DNA from: Candidatus Omnitrophota bacterium
GTDB lineage: Bacteria > Omnitrophota > Gorgyraeia > Gygaellales > Profunditerraquicolaceae
NCBI GenBank assembly: GCA_041648875.1
Contig: JBAZOE010000001.1
Location: 1-34,214, forward strand
Length of the DNA: 34,214 bases
Reading direction: 5' to 3'
Made by a program: the position numbers and the translations under genes. Positions 1-6,590 of this stretch are shown piece by piece (position 1 is the stretch's first letter; every line of letters starts with the position of its first letter). Under the pieces are notes generated by a model. That model saw only the letters and a program-made list of their open reading frames with translations, searched no databases and had not been told where the DNA came from.

Positions 1-120
1 GAATTTCTGAAAAAGATTGGTTCGAACTGTATTTTAAAAGAGCGCCGCCTCAATTTTTCGACGGAAGGTACCTTCCGTCCTGTCCTTGAAGCAGCCCCCT
101 ATCACTCTTGGTGGAGCTGA
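1..120 (+). CDS. possible 3' end of a plus-strand CDS entering from the left edge (partial, family unknown)
   Basis: Frame 1 is open from base 1 to TGA at 118-120 (EFLKKIGSNCILKERRLNFSTEGTFRPVLEAAPYHSWWS*). No family recognised. The last 12 nt overlap tRNA-Ala on the opposite strand, so it may be spurious. Confidence 0.25.
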   Translation, partial: EFLKKIGSNCILKERRLNFSTEGTFRPVLEAAPYHSWWS

Positions 121-184
121 GGAGGATTGAACTCCTGACCCCTTGCATGCCATGCAAGTGCTCTCCCAGCTGAGCTACAGCCCC
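109..184 (-). tRNA. tRNA-Ala (anticodon GGC), CCA encoded
   Basis: Reverse complement reads GGGGCTGTAGCTCAGCTGGGAGAGCACTTGCATGGCATGCAAGGGGTCAGGAGTTCAATCCTCCTCAGCTCCACCA. It folds as a full cloverleaf with a 7-bp acceptor stem carrying the G3:U70 alanine identity pair. D arm is GCTC/GAGC; anticodon stem is CTTGC/GCAAG with loop ATGGCAT; T arm is AGGAG-TTCAATC-CTCCT. Confidence 0.95.
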
Positions 185-220
185 AAAAAATATAAACTTT
201 AGTTTATTAAAATTAATCTA

Positions 221-249
221 TTGACCTTTGCTATTTTAGAATATAAAAT
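221..249 (+). promoter_or_regulatory. sigma70-type promoter candidate for tRNA-Leu
   Basis: TTGACC (221-226), exact 17-nt spacer, TAAAAT (244-249), 25 nt upstream of the mature tRNA 5' end. Confidence 0.55.
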
Positions 250-274
250 AGACGACGTCAACCTAAAAATTCCT

Positions 275-357
275 GCCGAAGTGGTGGAATGGCATACACG
301 TCGGTCTCAAAAACCGATGAGGGCAACCTCGTAAGGGTTCAACTCCCTTCTTCGGCA
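275..357 (+). tRNA. tRNA-Leu (anticodon CAA), class II with long variable arm, no encoded CCA
   Basis: GCCGAAG-TG-GTG-GAATGGCATA-CAC-G-TCGGT-CTCAAAA-ACCGA-TGAGGGCAACCTCGT-AAGGG-TTCAACT-CCCTT-CTTCGGC-A. Acceptor strands are complementary, the variable arm forms GAGG/CCTC, and the anticodon loop CTCAAAA gives CAA. Confidence 0.95.
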
Positions 358-367
358 TAATAATTAT

Positions 368-2650
368 TTAGAACCTGCCTCTGCCCAGGAGTAATACTAT
401 TAAGACAGAAAAATTTATAGCCGCGATTATGAAACAACTCCAGGCTATCCCAAGGACAGGAATCAAGAATATCCCGCTCAATAACGCCCCGAGGCAAGAA
501 CCTGACAAATCAATCCCATAGGTTAATCCGGCAGCCTTGCCTGTCTCCTCTTGCTTATTAGCCGAATATATTTTATTCACGATAGGAAATTGTGCGCCTG
601 CAAGCAAGCCTGCGGTAACCGACAATAACGGAAAGATAATTCCTGATCCTGCCTGGGATACAATTTCTTTACCGGAAGCTGATAACCAAAAAAATAAAGC
701 GGGAAGCCCTAACAAAAAGATACAAAACAGGGAATTAAGCCTTATTAAATTATCGAATGGTTTATTAAACTTCCCCACCGAGACTATCATCCAAAAACTA
801 CCCGCGGCTAAACCTGCCATAAAAATTGTAAGCAGGATTCCGATCTTATAAAAAACATACCCGTAAATAATCTGAAAGGCCAGTAATATTATTATTTGGA
901 TAGCCATCGCGGAAAAGCCCGAGCACATAAGAGCCATAAGACTAGCCTGTTTACAAAAATCTTTGTTTTTGCGTATCCCGGCTAGGCCCGCCAAAATAAT
1001 CAAGATACAAATACCGGATACGGCGGTAATGACCTTGTTGAAACTGGCTGCTTTAAGCATCTTCTTAAAAACCTGCCCTCCAAGGCGCTTGGCCCAAAAA
1101 GTCATATTGTAATAATAAGTGCTCGGCCGGAAATCGTAATTCAGCTTCACCTGGCCTCTTTGCAGGAGCGCCTTTTCAGTATAAGCAAGAAGCTGCGGGG
1201 ATAATTTAGAGGATAGATAATATTCGCGCACGTATTTTAAATCCAAGTTCCTTTCTTTTGCCCTATCCATCAAAATATTATAATTAGAAGTTAAGATGCC
1301 TGCTTTATCAGAAGCCAAGAAATACGCGGTGTCTCCGGGTATAACTAATACATCTCTAAACACTTTTCTTAGCCCGAAGTAAACAGAACTTAAATATTCT
1401 CCCAGTTCAGGGCTGATGTAGCTTTCCGAAGAACTTAAGGCGAAGGAAAAGATCCCGCCTTCATTTAAAACATTCTTTACTTCTTTAAAAAATTCAACGG
1501 TATAAAATCTGTTTAGCTGAGCAGTATAAGGATCCCCAAGGTGCGTAATTACACAATCATATTTTTTTTGCGTGCTTTTAACAAAAAACCTGCCATCCAG
1601 ATTATAAATCGATACTTTTGAGCTCCTTAAAGGCTCATACTCCTTTACGGGAAGGTATTTTTCAGCCATTTCTATAATTACAGGATCAAGCTCGAGGTAA
1701 TCAACGCTCTTTATCGGATACTGAAGCATTTCTCCTATCAAGCCCCCCACGCCGCCTCCTACCAAAAGTAAATCCCGGGGGTTATTGTGTTCAAGCATCA
1801 CAAAATGCACAGCCTGCTCGCAAGCCATCTTATCCGGAACACTGTAAAGATGCAGTCCGTTATCAAAAAAAGAATACTGGTTATCCCTTTTTGTTATCAT
1901 GATATTGCCATAAATTGAATTCTTATCTTCCAGGATATCATACCCCTGCCACTGTCTTTTACGCGAATATTCATCAAGGCTTCCCCATCTTCCAGAAACC
2001 CATAAGACACAATCCGCAATCAAAATAAACAACGCTATCCCCGCCAACAGCGCACTTGTTTTCCTTGTTTTTGCCTTCCACTGTAAACATAAGGCTGCGA
2101 AAACATTCAACCAGCCAAGAATGACAACAGTAACAATTGCATTCAAAAAACGCATAAGGACAAAACTTAACAGCGCCCCGCCAAGCAGGGCGCCGGCAGA
2201 CTCCCAGGCATAAACCAGGCCGATGTTTCTGGCTGTCTCAGCGGGCTTGGCTTGATATATCCGGCAGCCCAAAGAAAACATAAACCCCAGAAGCATGCAG
2301 ATTGGCGCAAGGATAATAAAACTGGATATAATCATCGGCATGAACCCGGAAATCTCTCCGGGCGCAAGACTGAAATATAATTTTATTGACCTGACTGCCA
2401 AGATACTTAATACCAAAAAACAGCTTAAAACAAGCTGGCTGACCGAGAATAAAACCAGTTTTGATTTAGCTTTATCGGCAAGCCTGGCTAAAGACCAGCT
2501 TCCCAGTGCTCCCCACATAAACCAGCTGCCAAAGATAAAACCAATGGATATTTCGCTGCCGTAAAAAACAATCAGGAATTCGCGCATGATAACAATTTGC
2601 GCTGACATAGCGGTAAAACCGATTAAAAAAATAGAAAATAAAACTGCCAT
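368..2650 (-). CDS. fused polytopic membrane / spermidine synthase-like (class I SAM-dependent aminopropyltransferase fold) protein
   Basis: 760-aa ORF. Blocks of hydrophobic helices at both ends flank a soluble core with a SpeE-like signature (LLLVGGGVGGLIGEML, VDYLELDPVIIEMAEKY, ITHLGDPYT). Confidence 0.75.
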   Translation of the reverse strand: MAVLFSIFLIGFTAMSAQIVIMREFLIVFYGSEISIGFIFGSWFMWGALGSWSLARLADKAKSKLVLFSVSQLVLSCFLVLSILAVRSIKLYFSLAPGEISGFMPMIISSFIILAPICMLLGFMFSLGCRIYQAKPAETARNIGLVYAWESAGALLGGALLSFVLMRFLNAIVTVVILGWLNVFAALCLQWKAKTRKTSALLAGIALFILIADCVLWVSGRWGSLDEYSRKRQWQGYDILEDKNSIYGNIMITKRDNQYSFFDNGLHLYSVPDKMACEQAVHFVMLEHNNPRDLLLVGGGVGGLIGEMLQYPIKSVDYLELDPVIIEMAEKYLPVKEYEPLRSSKVSIYNLDGRFFVKSTQKKYDCVITHLGDPYTAQLNRFYTVEFFKEVKNVLNEGGIFSFALSSSESYISPELGEYLSSVYFGLRKVFRDVLVIPGDTAYFLASDKAGILTSNYNILMDRAKERNLDLKYVREYYLSSKLSPQLLAYTEKALLQRGQVKLNYDFRPSTYYYNMTFWAKRLGGQVFKKMLKAASFNKVITAVSGICILIILAGLAGIRKNKDFCKQASLMALMCSGFSAMAIQIIILLAFQIIYGYVFYKIGILLTIFMAGLAAGSFWMIVSVGKFNKPFDNLIRLNSLFCIFLLGLPALFFWLSASGKEIVSQAGSGIIFPLLSVTAGLLAGAQFPIVNKIYSANKQEETGKAAGLTYGIDLSGSCLGALLSGIFLIPVLGIAWSCFIIAAINFSVLIVLLLGRGRF

Positions 2651-2662
2651 TTTAAAACATCC

Positions 2663-3313
2663 TTAGAATATAAGATCCAAACCCAATAAAATTAAAAGCA
2701 ACGCGCAGGAAATGCGGAAAATCAACAAGCTTAGATTTGATTTTAGAATTTTTCCCGGCAGCCGGCTGATTATTCCCGATAACCCGGCGATAATCACGAA
2801 ACCCGAAATAAATGTGCCTAAGCCGAACGAAAGGACGCAAATCAGACTTTCAAGCGCGGTCTTGGAAATAATTGTAATTTCAAAAAGCAGCGCCAAAAGC
2901 GGTGCGCACGGGGATATTCCGATTGTAAAACCCAGGATAAACAGGCTGCCTAAAGTTAACGCTTTATTCGCCGAGAGCTTACACCCGCAATAACCCGGAT
3001 CCCTGTTAAACATGATGAAGATCCCCAGGAAAATGATAATTACTCCTCCCAAGGGCTTTAAAAATGAAGTAAAATTGGAGTTTCCGAATTGCTTAAGCAG
3101 GGTTGCCGAAACTCCGGCAATGAATCCTAAAACAAGGTAGGCGAATAACCTGGCGGAAAGAAATATTAATGCTTCTATTAATCCTTGGCCCCATTTAAGT
3201 TTTCTTCCTGCAAGATATGTGATAAAAACAGGCGTGCAGGATAAGAAACACGGCCCTGAAAAACCAAAACTTAAACCAATGCCAAAAAGCTGAAGATAAG
3301 TTAGAAATCCCAT
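2663..3313 (-). CDS. DsbD_2/CcdA-like thiol-disulfide transfer membrane protein (cytochrome c biogenesis transmembrane-region family)
   Basis: 216 aa with about six hydrophobic helices. Cys motifs lie within helices (GPCFLSCTP near the N-terminus, ISPCAPLLALL mid-protein), as in the CcdA/DsbD core. The start overlaps the upstream gene by 13 nt. Confidence 0.6.
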   Translation of the reverse strand: MGFLTYLQLFGIGLSFGFSGPCFLSCTPVFITYLAGRKLKWGQGLIEALIFLSARLFAYLVLGFIAGVSATLLKQFGNSNFTSFLKPLGGVIIIFLGIFIMFNRDPGYCGCKLSANKALTLGSLFILGFTIGISPCAPLLALLFEITIISKTALESLICVLSFGLGTFISGFVIIAGLSGIISRLPGKILKSNLSLLIFRISCALLLILLGLDLIF

Positions 3314-4425
3314 CTGCCGGATATTTTTTTACCGCAGAAAACACATTTTCCGTTTTTAATGTTATTCTCTAAAATCTCATATCCTATTCTTTTTACGGCA
3401 ATTTTTCCGCATTCCGTACAATATGTGCTTTCCGCCGGATGGCCGGGGACATTGCCTATATAAACATATTTTAACCCTGCGTTTTTGGCGATTTTATATG
3501 CTTCTTCGAGTTTTTCAAGAGGAGTAGGGGGAAGATTCATCAATCGAAAAGCCGGCATAAAGCGGCTGAAATGAACCGGCACATCAGCCCCCAGGTTTTC
3601 CTTTATCCACACACACATTTCCTTAATCTTAGCAGTTTCGTCATTTAAACCCGGAATGATCAGGCAGGTTATTTCAAGCCAAACCCCTGAGTTTTTGATT
3701 GTTTTAAGGGTTTCCAAAACCGGCTCCAGCTGCGCCATCTCGCCGATTTTAGCGTAAATCTCACCGGAGAAGCCTTTAAGGTCCACATTAACCGCATCCA
3801 TATATTTAAGCAGCTCCTTTAACGGTTCCTGGTTTATATAGCCGCAGGTATGCATTGTGTTTTTTAACCCTCTGGCGCAAGCCAGTTTTGCGATATCAAG
3901 CATATATTCATAAAATACAGTCGGCTCGGTATATGTATAAGCGATAAAACGGCAATTGTTTTCTATAGTCTGATTAACCGCTTCAAAAGGAAGGAGGTTG
4001 TAACTTTGGGCTTCATCCGGCCTGGACTGGGATATCTGCCAATTTTGACAGAATACGCAACGCATATTGCATCCGGCTACGGCAAGGGAATAGACTGAAG
4101 AACCGGGAGAAACATGAAAAAAAGGTTTCTTTTCAATAGGATCAATATGGATAGCTACCGGGTTAGCGTATCCAAGACTATAAAGCTTGCCTTCCTTGTT
4201 TATACGCACGGTGCAGACACCGCGCTGACCGGGAGCAAGAATACATTTACGCGGACACAAAAGACACTGTAAGGTAGCCTCTTTTATAACCTGCCAATAA
4301 CTGGCGGGGTGTAATAGCGGCTTGGAAGATTCTTTCGCCTGCGCGTCTACAAGAAACACACCCAGGCAAAACAGAACTACCATTATAATTTTATTTTTTT
4401 TAAAATGTGGAAATTTATCGCGCAT
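3301..4425 (-). CDS. AmmeMemoRadiSam-system-type radical SAM enzyme (AmrS / PflA-like activase family) with extra N-terminal signal-anchor
   Basis: Radical SAM motif CNMRCVFCQNWQIS. N-terminal Cys cluster CLLCPRKCILAPGQRGVCTVR and C-terminal CTECG...CVFCG match this family. About 38 extra N-terminal residues contain a hydrophobic helix and an AQA motif. Confidence 0.75.
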   Translation of the reverse strand: MRDKFPHFKKNKIIMVVLFCLGVFLVDAQAKESSKPLLHPASYWQVIKEATLQCLLCPRKCILAPGQRGVCTVRINKEGKLYSLGYANPVAIHIDPIEKKPFFHVSPGSSVYSLAVAGCNMRCVFCQNWQISQSRPDEAQSYNLLPFEAVNQTIENNCRFIAYTYTEPTVFYEYMLDIAKLACARGLKNTMHTCGYINQEPLKELLKYMDAVNVDLKGFSGEIYAKIGEMAQLEPVLETLKTIKNSGVWLEITCLIIPGLNDETAKIKEMCVWIKENLGADVPVHFSRFMPAFRLMNLPPTPLEKLEEAYKIAKNAGLKYVYIGNVPGHPAESTYCTECGKIAVKRIGYEILENNIKNGKCVFCGKKISGRWDF

Positions 4426-6585
4426 TTAACTCGGTTTAATTTTATATATGAAAAAAGGCGTCCCGCTTATTAAAGCTCTTAAATATCCGGCTGCCAATGT
4501 TCTTTTCTTATGCTGCGCAAAAACTATTTTCAATATATGGTTATACTCATCCAGCGCTAAGCGGGATGTTCCCGGGGGAAAAATATGGGAACTGTATTTG
4601 GCTTCTTCATATTGTTGCGCAAATCTCAAGAACAAATTATCCTTTATGGCATATTTTCCATCAGCCAAACTGGCTAAAAACAATGGCGGCATATAAAACC
4701 TATGCTGTATACCAAAAATGGAGACTATTTTGCTAAGGTTCATGTAAAGAGCGATAGTTAAATCTCTAGGGCTGGAATATAAGCTAAGAATATCCCGCTT
4801 AGATTTTTCAGTCAATATATAAAAATAAGAATAAGACAAAAACACGGCTAATAATAAAAAAAGCAGTATTTTTAAAATAAGCTTAAATAACCAATGCTTC
4901 TCATGCACCACCTCTGCTTCCACCGGAAGGCTGCGCATTCCTAAATATTCAGCAAATATCTTTGTCCGGCCAACCCCTGCGGGCCAAACTTTGTTTTTAT
5001 CCATCTTCACTATGTCTGAATCAGCGCATACCCAGCTGACTAAAGAGGTAATATCCCTATGTGAAGAGTCGCCAAAATGCCCTTCCGCTTCCAAACATAA
5101 ATGTTCCCCCTTAGCTATCATCAATTTAGCCGGAGAAACTGCCATAGAAATCAATCTTGCTTCTCTTACGATAACCGGGATGCATTGGTTTTCTATGTTT
5201 TTATATTTGACGCATACTTTTGTATCTCCCGGTGCAATCGCGTTAATTAACCCATTCTTTACATCAGCAAATTTACCATCAATAATCTTCCAGTTGGCCA
5301 ATATAGTTATATCTTCTTCTAAATTATCCTGCCGCAGGCCGAAAGCGGAAAACTGCTTTTGAGCCCCTGCCGGAATATCGCAATAGTCTGGAGATATTCT
5401 TATGTTCTTAAACTTTTTTTCTTCGGTAAATTTACGGGTTAAATCTTTTATATTGACTTTAATATCATCAAACGAATCCTCAAAATAATTTTTTTGTTTT
5501 TCTGCTTTTTCTACCCAGGCCTTAATAACGGGGGAATCCGAAACAGCCACTTTAACGGGTAAGCTGCGTAAATTATCCAACACGCCCTGCAGTTCGGTTA
5601 TCCCGACAAATTTAGCGGCAAAAACATTATCTGACACTCTTTCTAAGATTTCCGTATCTTTAATAACCCAACCTATTCTTTTAGAGACCTCTTCTACCCT
5701 GTTGTCCCCATAAGTAGCAAAAGCATAAAAAGATATACTGCTCTGGTTGGTTACGAAGACATCGGCAGGAACAATAGAAATTTGCTTTAAAGAACGACTA
5801 AGCTGGACAGGGATCTTAGCTACCTCAATATCCTGAGAGATACCCTGTAATCCTTTATGCCTGCAAAATACTTTATACTTTCCAGGGAATCGTAATACGA
5901 CTTTTGAATCTTTAATTTTCAGGGCCTGGCCGTTTTGTTCACTAAACCATTCTGCCTGCCGGGTTATCTCTCTTACCGTATAACGACCTTTAAAAACAAA
6001 TGTCCCAAAAGCCTGAAAATAAACTGTGGTATTTTGATCCACATAAGGCTTATATGGGAAAATATCTATGTTAATTAACCTCTCTTCTGTACCAGGATCT
6101 TCTTCTGCCTCGGCTACAGAGATAAAACTTGCATTGCTATAACAGCCTTTATATTTGGCTATAATTTGATAGTCGCCGGGTTTTTTAGGTACCAAAACTC
6201 CTTGCCCGGATATAGTAAAATTGCCAGGGTTACTTAAAAGCAGCTCAACCTTAGACGTTACATCGGTTATTTCTTGCGGGCCCGCCAACACCTTTAACTC
6301 CAAAGGGAAATCTACATATCCCTTAATGAAACGAGGATAAAGGTATACTTCAAGCGGTTCATCCAAATAAATATATAATTTTCTTAAACCATTATAACAC
6401 CATATATTCCCTTTTATAGATGCGGGTAATCCGTATTTATTAAGCGCTTCTTCCTCCCTCATGCCAAATATAATTTTCCCCTGCGGGATTGTCTTTTCTT
6501 GGTATGTTTGTTCCGCATAAACAAACTTACAGTAAGGAAGGCTGATTAAAAAAATCAATAAAAAGAGTTTCTTTATTTTCATCAA
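4426..6585 (-). CDS. signal-peptide protein with Big_2-like Ig repeats, one TM helix and a C-terminal DUF4129-like domain
   Basis: 719 aa. N-terminal signal peptide MMKIKKLFLLIFLISLPYCKFVYA. Long beta-rich region with Ig-like repeats (e.g. VSWVCADSDIVKMDKNKVWPAGVGRTKIFAEYLG). TM helix LILKILLFLLLAVFLSYSYFYIL. The helical tail (FAQQYEEAKYSSHIFPP...) resembles DUF4129. Confidence 0.55.
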   Translation of the reverse strand: MMKIKKLFLLIFLISLPYCKFVYAEQTYQEKTIPQGKIIFGMREEEALNKYGLPASIKGNIWCYNGLRKLYIYLDEPLEVYLYPRFIKGYVDFPLELKVLAGPQEITDVTSKVELLLSNPGNFTISGQGVLVPKKPGDYQIIAKYKGCYSNASFISVAEAEEDPGTEERLINIDIFPYKPYVDQNTTVYFQAFGTFVFKGRYTVREITRQAEWFSEQNGQALKIKDSKVVLRFPGKYKVFCRHKGLQGISQDIEVAKIPVQLSRSLKQISIVPADVFVTNQSSISFYAFATYGDNRVEEVSKRIGWVIKDTEILERVSDNVFAAKFVGITELQGVLDNLRSLPVKVAVSDSPVIKAWVEKAEKQKNYFEDSFDDIKVNIKDLTRKFTEEKKFKNIRISPDYCDIPAGAQKQFSAFGLRQDNLEEDITILANWKIIDGKFADVKNGLINAIAPGDTKVCVKYKNIENQCIPVIVREARLISMAVSPAKLMIAKGEHLCLEAEGHFGDSSHRDITSLVSWVCADSDIVKMDKNKVWPAGVGRTKIFAEYLGMRSLPVEAEVVHEKHWLFKLILKILLFLLLAVFLSYSYFYILTEKSKRDILSLYSSPRDLTIALYMNLSKIVSIFGIQHRFYMPPLFLASLADGKYAIKDNLFLRFAQQYEEAKYSSHIFPPGTSRLALDEYNHILKIVFAQHKKRTLAAGYLRALISGTPFFIYKIKPS

Positions 6586-6590
6586 TTTGG

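Noticed and set aside
61-95. SRP (4.5S) RNA or intrinsic terminator at the ACGGAAGGTACCTTCCGT palindrome and the nearby GAAGCAGCC
   Set aside because: GAAGCAGCC resembles part of the SRP domain IV motif, but the flanking GGAA tetraloop and symmetric-loop context is absent. The palindrome has no downstream U-tract on either strand.
2652-2840. 62-aa minus-strand ORF overlapping the 3' end of the DsbD_2-like gene
   Set aside because: It is out of frame within a longer ORF that has a coherent TM-helix pattern, and it has no independent support.
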